Shown: piece after piece, positions 48,350 through 61,504 of the stretch
Position numbering within the stretch: position 1 is the first letter of the stretch
How the letters are laid out: each line of letters starts with the position of its first letter
Assembly (NCBI GenBank): GCA_027604505.1
Contig: JADIIX010000045.1
Coordinates: forward strand, 62,001 to 126,000
DNA from: Gonapodya sp. JEL0774
Lineage: Eukaryota
Direction of reading: 5' to 3'
DNA: 64,000 bases
Notes under the pieces: model-generated
What the model was told of the DNA's origin: nothing
What the model saw: the letters and a program-made list of their open reading frames with translations, nothing else
Database searches by the model: none
Program-made: the position numbers and the translations under genes

Positions 48350-49723
48350 TCATGTACTCTCTGACTCCCCTTCCTCCAGCACCTCCTCTTCCAGTTCAAA
48401 CACCGACACCGCGACCCCGAATCGTTCCTCGACGGTTTCGAGTTCGCGCTCCACCTCAGTAGCTTGAGATAGGCTGAAAATATCGGTAAAAATTATTGGC
48501 GTGCAAGGGGCGACAACCGGGGTTTGCGCGTGTTGGTCGCGAAAGATGAGTCACAACAGGTGTTCCAGCACAATTTCGGCTCAGACCCCGCGAAACGCGT
48601 TCAACGAAATGGTAATCCCACTTACGTCATTCTACACTCCAAATCCATCCTGAACAAAGGATACCCAGCAAACGCCGCCGCGGTGGTTTCCGTCTCTAAG
48701 TTCGTGACAGTGATGTTCCGTGCAGCCAGAACGGTAGTGACGGCGGCAACGATACCGGGGGAGTCGGGGCTGGTGATGACGACCAAGGTGGTTGCGGTGC
48801 GGAGGTATGAACATGTGACAATCAGCGCACAGATGATTCTTCTACGAAGGCGCCTGGAGCTCCTCCCAGAACGTTCCACTATTATTACGCAGACCCAAAG
48901 TCCATGATACCAAATTCGCAAAACTTTCTCCACACAAGTAACCACGGTTGATCCATCTAACGAAACCATTCTCATGCCACTTGTTTCCTGGTACATACTC
49001 ACCCATCTACCTGAATCTCAAAAGCAACCAGCTCTTCCTCGCCCCCCTGGGAGCTTTGCTCCACCGGAAGCTCCTCCCCACCCTCTGTCAGCCTCGCGTG
49101 GATCAAAAAATCTGGAAACTTTTCTGCGAGTCCAGCCTTGAACTTTGCGAGGCCTTGGTCGGCAGGCATGCCTCGGAGAGACACGAGCACGATGATGGCG
49201 AAGTCCCCACCGAGAAGAGACATGCGGGATTCTTCGACTGGTGGGAAGGAGGGAGGTATGCGTGGTAGTGAGAAAGGGAATAGAGCAGTTCCGTGTGCAA
49301 ACCTGAGGGACAGAATGTTCCACTCGCGGTCCACCCGGTCCTTCATCCTATCCACGACTCTTTCCACGTACCGTTCGCCCCCAAACTGGTCAGATAGTGC
49401 GAAAAGTCCTTCACAATGCCCACTTTGTCTTTCCCGACCATCGACAAAACAACGTATCCGGGCTTTTCATTCGAGGATTCGGTCGCAGAGGTGGAAGATG
49501 CGTAGCGTCCGAGTACAGAGGGTGCACAGGCAGAAAACAGCGGCAGGGCACAGGTGGGGCGGTGAGGGAGACGAGATGGAGTAGTGGGTGTTCTCGAATC
49601 GACTGATCTGAATGAGCAGGAGGAAAGAGCGCGAACGAACGGGCGGCTGGAAAGCGCAGGGACTGCGATAGATGCGCGAGCGGCGAGCGGCAGAGCGCGG
49701 GCAAAGGAAGTCAAGTGCTGCAT
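48350..49723 (-). CDS. GcvR-like tandem ACT-domain protein with N-terminal mitochondrial-type presequence (284 aa)
   Basis: Exons 49723-49372, 49237-49003, 48769-48626 and 48473-48350 total 855 nt in frame. ACT1 YVVLSMVGKDKVGIV..LGANVEESRMSLLGGDFAIIVLV. ACT2 FEIQVDGPDSPGIVAAVT.VLAARNITVTNLETET.AAAFAGYPLFRM. Confidence 0.85.
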
Positions 49724-50156
49724 TTGTGTTCAACAACCACGCCCTGTGACGAAAAGGGCACAGCTCACACACCTCGTGCGGTTTTGTCTGCTATCAGCTT
49801 CTTTCCTTCATCCGGTTATTGAAATTTCTATTTTCGTTACAATCTAGATGTGCGGGGTTGAATATGGTATAGGAGGGAGTCACGGCAAAGATAAAATAAC
49901 TCATATCTATTGGACAACGGCGAGATTCATGCGGAGATTGGCGACATGGTTGAGCTTACTGTCGTGAGTTCCTCGGTCGTTGAGCATGCTTATCTTCAGT
50001 ACATTCTTTTCGAGTGCCGGAAGTGGCCACAGCTCCGGCCGAGCGCCATCCCACGGCTCCGTCATAACTTTAAGTGCTGGACTGACAGTGAAATCTTGCT
50101 GTAACACTTGTACACGACTAAACTGAATTCACTGGACAAGCTGGCGAGGATCGACG

Positions 50157-51467
50157 ATGGAGCGCGCATCTGCTAGTCAGGAAAACATCGACAGGCTTCT
50201 CGCTTCACAGGCTGCAGAGTTCAGTGACACTCAGGCATTGATGGCTGCACTCGCGATCAGCTCACATAGTCAGATTCGGCGTCCCCAACCTCCCGCATAT
50301 CCTCCATTGACCTTTGGTCCTTTTCAAACGACTACCCCTGCACCGGCCAATCCTCCTTTTACTTTCGCACCAATCGGACGATTCGGTCTCCAACATTCTG
50401 CTTCAGCCAATGGAGCTGCCTCGAACTTCGGTAACGTTTCTCCTCCTGTCGAACCACCTGAGCCCGTGGAGCTCTACATTTCCGACGAGCAGGTCGCGGA
50501 CAGTTCTACTGATGCTGAGGATGATATCGAAAATTCCACAAGTGGACGTGGGTCCGGACAGAGTGCCAGTGCGGGTGCCAAACTCGCGGAGCGCCTCCAG
50601 TGTGCGATATGCAACAACGTGCCCCTACGGTACTTCATGTTCGCAGGTGAATGATGCGGCTTCCTCTATAGAGTATAGCCTGTCTGGATGCAAGTTTTGT
50701 CTCTCATTCTCTGGTTGCAATTATTTATATCCCTGTTACTTCCTCCAAACAACGCGTCCTCTTGTAACCACTCAGTCCGCGTCCCCGGAGCTCTCAAACC
50801 CTCCTACTGTGCCTCTTGCCTCCTATGCCTGTTCCGCCAATCTCTCAAATCCAGAACAGGCACGACCCAACCACCCCCGGACACATTGCCCTACAACATT
50901 CGTGCGTCAAAATACGCGAGCAAATGCCCTTTTACGAGAACAGACGTAGGACCAAGAGATGTGGTGGAAGATTTGAGGAGGGACGAAGAGGTTGAGGGGG
51001 TGGTGGTCAGGTGTCGGTATTACGAGGTACGTTTCTGCTTCATGAGAACAAGAATCGTTCAGCTCGACACTTCGCGCCATTCCAAGCCATCCAATCCCAA
51101 TTCATTTTCTTCCTTTATCGCATCTTTCCGCGGACTGTTAACCGTCACTTCCGTCACTCGACCTCCTGCTTGAAGGCCTGTTTCTGGTCGGGCCCCGTCC
51201 GCCACTACCGTGCTCACGTCAAGGAGTGCGACTGGATCGTACGTGTCATTTGTCAATCGGTGAAAGAGCGGCATGTTGGCTCACCCTTTGTACCGTCTCC
51301 TCCTGTTGGTTTGTCGCCCTGCCCTTACCCTGCAATCACCTACGGCGTACCAGGCTGAAGACCCCGCAGCAGTCGACCCATCCCACCCATCTTCGTCGTC
51401 CTCTCTCCTGCGTGCCATTATTGCATCGTGCACACCTCCGACGCCACCTCCACCTCCAAATGGATGA
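50157..51467 (+). CDS. RING-finger plus TRAF/SIAH-type zinc-finger protein
   Basis: LQCAICNNVP, CNH...YCASCLLC, KCPFTR, VRCRYYE/ACFWSGPVRHYRAHVKECDW. The last exon ends PPPPPNG* at 51467 (tentative). Confidence 0.7.
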
Positions 51468-52454
51468 TCGCCTGGATCGACGGATCGGGGTCTGAGGTGG
51501 GACGATTAATGATGGGTAGGAGTGACGAAATAACCTTGCCAGTCTGATACAGGGCGTTTAATTTCGTGGACGAACCTAGAGAACGCAATTGGTTATGATT
51601 ATGGATGCCTTTACCCATTCCATTCCATTTAGATTTAGTAAGATTTTCACAAGTTGCAAAATGTACAGTTACCATTGGTCACCGGTTTCGATCCCTATGT
51701 AGCACCAGCCGCATGAAGATTTACCAAACTGATCCGATCTCTTCATGGTATTGTCGTGAACTCTGCCGTGAGAAGCTGGCTGGATCGCAGGCGTGTAACT
51801 GGAAATAGGTTCAGTGATGATACAGGTGCTTTCAAGCTATGCAAATCCTTGCATTCCTTGTTTGCACTCACTTGCATCGCTAAAACTCCTTGAGGGAGGT
51901 TGGAGGGTTCAATGGGTGATCGGTCCATTGCACACAATCTTACACAAATCACATATCGTTCGATGATTTTTCGAGTTTGAGACAACAAAGCTGTACAAAA
52001 GTCCACGAACTCAAAGCTGAAAACTCCAGAAAGAAGATAAGAGGAGGATAGCGACCTTCATATGTGAGTTTGGAGTGGGAACAAGTCCGCAATCGTGTAC
52101 CGAGGTGATAGAGAGGAAAAAGGATAGAGCGATGAATTTGCGAAGAACGAGACGATTAACAGGAAAGTCTGCGGAAGGTGAAGGGAGGTAACGATGGGTT
52201 GGGTTGGGAGACATTGGTTGACAGCCAAGGTATTGTACTTCGAAGCCCTTCTCGCCGAGGACGAAGGTGCAATTGGCAGGGTGTTCACTTACACTAAGTG
52301 GAGGTTGCTGTTGGAAAGCCTGCGTTCTCATCTCTAGAGCGGTATATGATAAGTCGCAACATCGTGGTCGCCATACCGAGGATGAGTCAACGCTGAGTCG
52401 GACGCTAAAGTGCTCCTGATTCCTGATTTTGCTTGCAAAGACTCCGCATCCATC

Positions 52455-55400
52455 ATGTCTTCCTACTCCGACTCTCCGTCGACCCCCAACTCGCTTGCAC
52501 CAACCCCGTCATCAACACCAGTACCTACCACACCAGCAACACCAACCTCCTCCTCGCGCACGCCTGTCTTCCTCCGGAGAAAAAGTGTTTCGTTTAGTCA
52601 TGCTCCAGACACAGTCCACGTCATTGCAGACTCGGCTGGCTCGGTCGCTCACATCGACCAAGTTTTACGGCAATCCCCTTCCACCCCTAGCCCTATTCCA
52701 TCCATATCTGCCTCTTTATCGTCATCCCCTTCAGTACATCCACAGTCACGCCGCGCTGAAATCGCCGCCATCATCCAATCCGCTTCGCTTGCGAAATCCT
52801 CTCAACGGGCTGTAAACGAAAATTGGCGCAACCCTGAATCTTCGACTCCTGTCTCCACCTCCTCCAAACATCCTCTCTCCCTTCCGATCCGCATCCCTCT
52901 CTCAGTGGCTTCTCCGCTCGCTCAGCGCTCTCCCTCGTCCCTCTCTGGTTTACAGGAAGAGATGGACCTCCTCCCAGAACAACAACAGTCTGATATCGTG
53001 ATGGGTTGTGCAGGTGAGATACTGGGCTTGGGGTGACGGAGAGCAAAATTGAGCGTGAGGGGCCAGGGTAAGGCTATGGTCTGCCCAAAACACGGGGCAA
53101 TGTGCTGGGGATTAGCGAGCCAGTTTGCAATGCGGGTGCACCAGGAAAGAGCAAAGGCCATGCTGACGGCGGCTTGGTCGCGCAGGATTAAAGTTTGGCG
53201 GGATACTTGCATTCCTTATCCGTCAGGATTGGCAGGATTGCTGTGGAACTGGTATTGGTCGGTATTCAGATACTAAATTCGTCTGCGTGTCATAAAAGTG
53301 CCACATAGAAGGAAGAAACAGGCAATCGGGAATGGAATATACTGGCTATATTAGTATGGACTTGGCTGTCGGACAGAGTTCTCGTCAAGTTAGAAAGCAG
53401 CAGACACTTGCGGTCAAACAATGGTTTTCGCTTGCGGCTTTTGTGTACTCGTTGGGTAACCGAAGGAACCCTGTCTGATTCATATGTTGTTTTTTGCATG
53501 GCTAGATTCCCAAAACTCCGCTTCGCCCTCCATAGGCGCGTCCCGCCGCTCTTCCACGTCATCCTCTCGCCGCTCTTCCCTCCTATCCACCACGTCAGCC
53601 TCAACCACCGGCTCGTACTCGACTTCTTCTACTCAACTGGACCTATCAACTCTTGAACGCCAATATCCTTCCACCGCTTCCACTCGAAACTCAATCCCAC
53701 CCCCACAGCTCATATCAACCTCTTCCCAAACCGACTTTTCTGATGCTGAATGCCTTTCCCCGCTCCTCCCGCTCCTCCCGTACCACTTAGACAATCCCCA
53801 GCCAGGCCCTCTTGTCCTCGCCACCGCCACCGCCGCATCGTTCATCCCCTCCTCGCTGCGCTCCTTACTCCCCGTCAAGCTTCACATCTCCATAACCGAA
53901 GCCGTTGCTAGAGTTCTCGACGAAGCACTCTTTCCAACTCACGATCGCTACCCAATAGATTCTCCATTTCCTTCGCTCACACCTGATCACCCTTTATCGC
54001 AACCCCTCGCGCTCACGCTTCCGTCCTCCGTCTCTCACCCGTCTTCGTCAAAATCTCTTCTCGCCAGCCTCGACCATCTCATCTCTAAACACGCCTTCCT
54101 TGTTCGTTTGTTGCAGTACCCCGTCAAAACCGTGAAGAAGTACATCGGACTGGTCAAGGCGGTGACTGAGTATTCAAAGGTATGTGTAGTGGGCAAAAAT
54201 GTTAGCAGCGGAGTGCAAGGGCGTTCCAGCCTTCGGAGGAGGACCAGAGTATGAATTCATCTCCCTTTTCTGTTCTTGTGGACGAGGTCGTTTCGACATA
54301 AGAGACAATGTCTGAGGAGTTGACAGTCAGTGGACCTTCCTTACTGATAACTTACCACCCCTTCTCCTTCTCCGTCCGCCAACCAATACTACCACCTCTC
54401 AACCCATACAGGCTGAACTGACCTATCTCTCCCACCTCTCGGTACTTCAAGCCCGCACAGTTTTGTCCACCGTGGCGCAGCACGCAGTGGAGGGAAGCCC
54501 CAGGAAGAGCTGGGGATTTGACTTACATTTAATATTGAAGTAGGTGTTGTTGATGAGGAGAATCGTCCTGAGAGTCGGGGTGGACTGAGAGTGACAGTTT
54601 TTGCTTGGAGCCGAGGGTGACTGTGGTTTGACTATTGAGATGAGCGGCTCTAGGCGAGCCTGGTCGACTCTCCCTTCCAGTCTTAGGCTTTTTACGCATC
54701 TTCTTTCCACGACATTACTGATATAATCCTGCCACTCAAACATGACAGCACACTCCGCCACACCACAGCCCTCCCGCACCAATCACTGAACCAAGCACGC
54801 CGACCCAGTCTCATCGCAAACTACCTTCCTTCTCGCCTCCTTGGGGCTGATGTGAAGATTACACAAGTGCGATGGAAGGTGGATACGGAAAAGATTGTGG
54901 AGGAGGAACGGAGAGGGAGGGAGTGGAGCGGGGGTGGGGTCGGTGGGGAAGGGTTGGTTGTGGTGCAGTTTCCGGTCTTAACGGTGAAGAAACGCTCAAT
55001 TTGCTGTCTTTCCGGTGATGGAACCAGGTACATAATACCTCCAGAGTACCCAACAAGCATCCCCTCAACCACGGTCCCCGACTCGCCACCTTTCACAGAA
55101 CCTTCATCCGGAGCCTCCATATCGTCTGATGTGCCATCCTGTGTTTTTGAATTGGAAGCGGAGTGGGTTGAAGTTGTCCCGCAGGGAGAGCAGTCAGCCG
55201 GTGTGGCAGGGATGGCCATGGGTGTCAAGGGCATGATCAAGGACTGGGTATTTGGAAAAAAACAGCAGAGGGGGTGGGATGAGAACGAAAAGGTGGTACT
55301 GTATCTGCATGGTGCGTAGTCCCGGGTCAACGTTGATACCGTATTGTGTTCCCCGGTGTGAGGTCTCACCACATCATATGGCTCCTCCTAAAGGCGGTGC

Positions 55401-57569
55401 CTACACAATGCTTAGCCCTGCAACCCACCGCTCACTTACCTCTCGCATTGCCCGCGCCACATCCACACGCCTCTTCGTCCCTGCTTACCGTCTTGCTCCA
55501 GAACACCCTTTCCCAGCCGCCCTCCACGATGCATTCGCGGCGTGGCTCTATCTTACCAAACCCGACCATCCAGCTCTTGGGGGTCGACGTTGGGCAAAGA
55601 GGTACAAGCCAGAAAATGTGACTGTGATGGGTGACAGTGCAGGTGGAGGTTTGGCGGTCGCACTAATGGTGTATTTAAAGGCGTTCCTTGGCGCAGGAGA
55701 AGGAGGACAGGGGTTTGGAATGCCGGGGGGAGCAGTCTTGATGTCTGTGGGTGGTGGTCACAGCGTTTGGTAAAGAGTGGAGTTCACATCTAATCACAGT
55801 GCATTGTCTCGATTTCCTCGCCTTCCTGCCCAAATCACTCTTCCCTGAACAGCCCTGGGTCGACCTTACCTGTTCACACCCTTCCTACATCCTCAACTCC
55901 AATCTGGATTACCTACCGTTCCCCCCAGATGCGGACGTCTTCACCCCCATGTACCGGTCGGACAACTCTCCTAATCCCGTCGCTGCGTATCTCTGGGGTT
56001 GGGAGGGTAAAAGGGGGTTGGAGAGGAGCTTCTGTACTCGAGAACATGTGGCATGGGAGAGGATTGCGAGGAGGCAAACGAGGAGGAGTAGTGTGAATGG
56101 CGAGTGTAGTGATGACGAGGAGGGTAGATTGGGTTCCAGGAGGTGGGATCTGGGATCGGACAACGGATCCCTTTCTCGCACTGGTACTCTCATACGTCGC
56201 TCCGCGTCCGCACCGCCTGCCCCTGTGGCTGACCCCGGCGATGTGGTGCCGTTTACCAGGGAGAACTCTTTACTTGGAAAGCCAGTGGTGGGGTTGGGAG
56301 TGGATTATGTGAAGACTTTGGTGCAGGTCCGACACCCATGTGTGAGTCCGTTGTTTGCGGATTTGAGGGGACTCCCCCCTGTGTTGATTGTGAGTATAAC
56401 ATTGAGTGAGTGAGTCTTTGCACGTTTTTAAACACAATCTAACGTCGTCACTGGCGACCGATCCCCTCGCTCACTATCAGCAAGCGGGCGACTGCGAGCT
56501 TCTCCGGGACGAATCCATTGAATTGGCCCGCAAGTACTCTGCCGCGAACCAGCGGAGACCCAGCCTGGTGGGGAGGGAACCGGCCTTGCACGAGGATAAG
56601 CAAGGACACGTGAGGCACGAGCTTTATACTGACATGGTGGGTTGAAGTAGTTGCATTTTGTTATGTGATTGCAGGAATTTCGGTGTGTAATCCTTATGCG
56701 CCTTTCTCTCTGTGGTGTAGGTGCACGTCTTCCAGGCGTTTTCCTTTACTCAAGCTTCAAAAATTGCCGTTGCCAATATTGGGCGATTCCACCGCAATCT
56801 CTACTCTCGGCCTCCCCCAGATGGCGCGGAAATGGAAACGGATCGAGAACAGTGTCCCTTTGAGGAAGACGAAGCGGTAATGACCGTCAACACAATGGGG
56901 GAGACTGGTGATGTCATGGTAACGTTTAGGAATGTAGACATACATGAGGGTGAAGGCAGCGAAATGGAAGAGGGGTTAATGGATACGGATGAAGTCGAGT
57001 ACGGTGATGAGGAGGCGTATGAAGGAGCATATGGTGGCGAGCAGGAGTTCTATAATGAACAGCAAAACTGGATGGAAGCACGATTCGGGAGTAGCGAGGA
57101 CGACCACGGTAAGCCGCTTCCATACAATGATCAAGAGACGGACTTTGCTGGCAAGCGTTGGTTTGGGCCTGGGGACGGAACGAGGCATTATATGGATGAG
57201 TCTGCGGCTGAGAACTCTTCCTCGTCAGATATGGATTTGGACTCGGCTGGCCGGCATAATGTACGACTAAAGACAAAGTCCATCCTGAAGAAACGAAGTG
57301 GATTTGCGTCCCGGACGTACAACGAAGCGCTTGTGGCAATGGCGGTCTCCTCAGAATCGGATTCGTGGCTGCGAGGCGAGGGGTTGGGTCCTTCGAGCGA
57401 ATCTGATGATCACAGGAAGGACGTTGCAACCCATTCTCACCAGATCACTTCCAAGACAATGCACAATAGTGGATTCGCAGTGGTGGAACAGAACTCTATC
57501 GCGTCCTCTTCGTCGGATTGGTGGAGTGGTGGGATGCCGCACCCGCTCTCGATGCTAGGAATATGGTGA
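52455..57569 (+). CDS. Hormone-sensitive-lipase family alpha/beta hydrolase (Abhydrolase_3) with long Ser/Pro-rich N-terminus
   Basis: VVLYLHG/GAY, YRLAPEHPFPAALHDA, nucleophile GDSAGG, PWVDLT, VSPLFADLRGLPPVLI/QAGDCELLRDE, DMVHVFQAF. Exon 52455-53013 joins 53506 in phase through a GTGAGA..TAG intron; that join is less certain than the catalytic domain. Confidence 0.85.
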
Positions 57570-57790
57570 CACGGGATGCATTGAATCAACTCACTGTAAG
57601 GAACTTTCCGCACCACGCACTTTTACTTTAGAACAAGGGCCTGTCGAAGTAATACCACGTCCAGAATGACGTTTATTGTAGATTGTATATGTAACTTGTT
57701 CCTACATGAAACTTGATTATGACATTGGAAACTCGAGTTCTTTTGTTCGCGACGGTTCTCGCAGACTGGTTGGAATGTTCATGTCGCTGT

Positions 57791-59972
57791 TCACGTTTTA
57801 TGTCGCTCGATCGATGACAAATGCCAAGCGACGAGATCTTGCAGACCGTCGACCTTTAAACGGCTTGTGGCAATGCTCGCAGTTGAAGATGCGCGTGTGG
57901 TGGAGTCTAGCTTGAGAGGAGAGCCCGTCGTGGTTACTGCGCTCACTGCCCCATTTGTTATCGGCGGCTGCGGAATCGTGGATATTGTATGTGAGCGAGA
58001 TGTGGCTACGTGAAGTGGCGAAGAAAAGGGAAGCAACGGAGTCGGTGGTACGATATGGAAGTAAGACTCGTCAATTGTTGAGGTGCTGGCGTTTTTGTGA
58101 GTCACCGGTCTTTGGTCTCCTAGGGATTCCAGACTCTCAAGGCGTGTCGCTGGAGCCGTCCGAGGAACCCCATGATCACCGGGAACTGCTAGATCATCAA
58201 GAGCAGTTCCCTGATTTGAAATGGGCTCAGTGATGTACCGCGAAGGTAAACGGAATTCCGGTGCAGTTGTGGGATGGGCTGTGGAACTGGCGACAATTGA
58301 TCTCGACGAGAGTGACCGAGTTATGACACGCGCGGTTGCCGCTCGATTAAACAAGTAGAGCTGTTTAAATTGTCAGATAAGGGATCTCTCTTTGGTAAAA
58401 CTGGGAACACAGTTGTCTTACCTGTACCACACCTCCTGTTATCACGAAAAAGCCGATCACGGCCGATACTATGCTCACGGAGGAGGAGTTCGAGGTGCTT
58501 CCACCTCTGAAGAAGACCAAAGACGTGATGATTGTCATGGTTGTAAAAGTGACATAGTAAACGGGTGTTACAACGGCAGTTGAAAACAGGTTCAGTGCTT
58601 TGTTGAGGTAGTTGATCTGAATGTCTCCGGAGTTTCAGCAATTCGCGCACATCATTATGAAGTGTGCTCGCAAATACCTGAAAGATTATCATTCCAATAA
58701 CAAATATCCCCAACATGTACCATTCCCATTTGAGGGCCTGATTGTCGCTGTTCCAATGGCCCGTCAAGGTGTATATGATGGAACTACCCCAACCTGTCAG
58801 ATCAGACTTATTGAACTCTTTCGAATGTCTCATTTGACTCGAATGTCGACCGACCTTGAGCTGCAACCGCGAGAAGGGCACCTCCGATGCTCGTGATCGA
58901 GATGTACACCAGTGGGTTTGTGCGACCTTTTCTAGGGGTCACGTAGAAAATGAGGACGAAAAGAAGAACAATAGCAACCACAAAGTACACAATGAAACCT
59001 TGCGAAGATGTAATTTTGAGGTGCTTTCAATTATCGAGCTACATTTGCGGACCTACTAGGATATACGAAATATGAAGAAAATTCATCAATGGTCTGCGTG
59101 GAGATGGTCTCGGGTGCGTAAGTAACGACTGAGAGAGAACGGTGTGAGATCAGCATTTCCGCTGTGATCGAATCTTGAGAACAAACCAATGATCGATCCG
59201 AGCAGACACTCAACACAGCCGATCCATCCAGCTGCATCAAGTTTTTCCTGGAGGATGTACGAAGAGAGAACCGTGCTCACCACGACCGAGATTGCGCCAA
59301 GAGGCGCGACCAGGATTGCAGGTGCAAAGCCATCTGAGCGGAGACGTGTGTGGAGCGGTTTAGTTGAGCATAAAATGTAAGCCACGAAGAGGAACTGACA
59401 TGCGACGAAGTTCATCTGGTAAAGTGAAGCATTGTCATTCGGAGACGGAGGTGGAAAGTTCGAGAGACCACCATAATCCTCTCACCACTTCGCCTGTAGC
59501 CATCATTATCATGCCGAGCCACCACCTGCGAACAACCAAAGTTCGAGCTGATTTGAAAGAGCTTCCAAGATGGGAACCACAAAGCAGCGTCTGCCCACAA
59601 GCCTTGCCGAAGATAGTTGTGGTTGTCCTTCGCCAGCTCCACTGCGTGGCCGGAGATTTCCTCGTGATAATGATTTGCGGCAATGAGGCCTTTCTGAATG
59701 GATGATTACATTGGTAGGTAATTGGTCTGCCCTGACCTGTGATTTTTAGTCACCCGCCTTTTTAAATATGAATGAGCTGCCGGTAATCACTGCAGAGCCT
59801 AGAGCAAGCCCGAGTCTACAAATAGATGGCAGAAATGTTTGAGATTGGATTCCATTAGGACCGGCCGCATTTTACGAGAGTGATGACGTAATACGGCCAG
59901 TTCAACGGACCCGATGAATTTGTAGAAGTTGGGAGGCCCACCGGACGTTGGCAAGTCTGAAGTATCTTCCAT
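57791..59972 (-). CDS. NIPA-family magnesium transporter
   Basis: YKFIG/LGLALGSAVITGSSFIFKK/KGL, WWLGMIMMATGEV/MNFVAYGFAPAILVAPLGAISVV, GRTNPLVYISITS, INYLNKALNLFSTAVVTPVYYVTFTT. The last exon (LYLFNRAAT...) runs to 57791. Confidence 0.93.
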
Positions 59973-61504
59973 GGCAGACGGGCTTGCGGTTGGGAGACAC
60001 CTGGTCTCTCAAAGCAGACTGTTCGCGGATACTAATAGGACGTTGCACCAATAAAAGCAGACCACAGGATGCAGAAGCTCCAAATACACTTTGAGATGTT
60101 GACTCGACTGAGTTTCTGGAGTTTGAAGCCCTTTGGGTGGCAAGAATGTTTCAAATTACTGATTGAGCTTGTGTGCACGAATGACTCAAACATAATGGAG
60201 AAATTCTCATATTTTTGTGCCGTTGATTGAAGAGGTGGAGGTTAAGAGGTCACGTGGTTGAAGGGGCTGTGCCACAACATTCGGTGTTCGTCAAAACAGT
60301 CATCACACAAATAGTTCGCTTCGGTACCCAACTTATCTCCAACCACCAAAACATTCCAAGTCACGCTCGAATGTCTTTGTCCGTCGTGTCTTTTGTTTCT
60401 TCATCCGCCTTCACCGCCGCATCAGCGCGCCATTGCCCAACCCATCGCCCAATCACCGGATTTGTGTGTCGTAAAACAGCTGCACACCGAAATCCTCTCT
60501 GGTCACACCGCCCCTCATTTCCGTGGCTTAGCTGGTCGATGATGCATGGAAGTAAGATAAGTGTCAAAACAATTGAGCACAGTAGGTGGAATTCGGGGTG
60601 AGGCTTGCCATTTGGAAAGTGGCAGCTTGTTTGAAAGGGGCGCCTGCCATTCGATCTGACTTGTACAGGGGTTCGGCAGTCACGTGCCCTTACAGGACGA
60701 TTACCGGTTCTGTGGCGTCTAGCCGGCGGTGGAGAGTTCGCTCCAGGGTTTCCCAGCCGTAGTGGCAAGTATGACCTTTGGATTCTGGAAGGCCCGCTTC
60801 GTTTGGTTCTCTTGGTGTACTTTCCGGCTGAGTCGGTTGCTCGTTTACACCTTCTAGGTCAGTGCCATTAGGAGGAAGCATAGCAGATTGCGCCAGCGTC
60901 GAGTCTTGACGAATGAACGGTGTTCACACTTGCGGAGAAAGGAAGTATGTATGCACATGTGAGTGAGAAACATTGATTCTCGACTTACGACGTGTTCGCA
61001 CTGGAACAGTTACAAACCTATGCAAGGGTGAGTGACACGTCTTCGCTCGCGTGAACTCAACCCAGTTGTAAGTGATCATCGTTAATGTTTGCGGTTTACC
61101 TTAGCTTTTACATAGCCTACAACGTTCAAGATTAGAGAAGTTGGTCAAGGTTGGGTGTGAAGTAAGATAATGTCCCATGCGTCCAATTCTGCTCCATGAT
61201 TAGAAGAGTTGACTTACTATAAATCATCCAGCGACATTGCACATTACATATGTACCTCCTCATGCAGACTAACGTGTCCTCTATGCACGCATCAATAGAC
61301 TGGAGTTAACTGGCCGTGATACAATAGTTTGCTCGACTTGAGCCAAGATTCTAGAAAACAACATAAAATTTGTGCACTAGTTACGCATCTGGCTGGGTTC
61401 TGTCATTCGTGTTGCTGACCATCGGAATGTTCGATGAACCAAAACGTGCTCAAACCCCCAACCTTGTTGATAATCCCAAGGGATCGTGATACATCAGCCG
61501 GGTG

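Noticed and set aside
51500..52400. Short minus-strand ORFs, one resembling a signal peptide (MKVAILLLSSFWSFQL)
   Set aside because: An immediate stop follows and no consistent splice model or motif was found; treated as intergenic or UTR.
57791..58354. Separate 187-aa gene
   Set aside because: It splices in phase (GVVQ/LYLFNR) as the last exon of the NIPA transporter.
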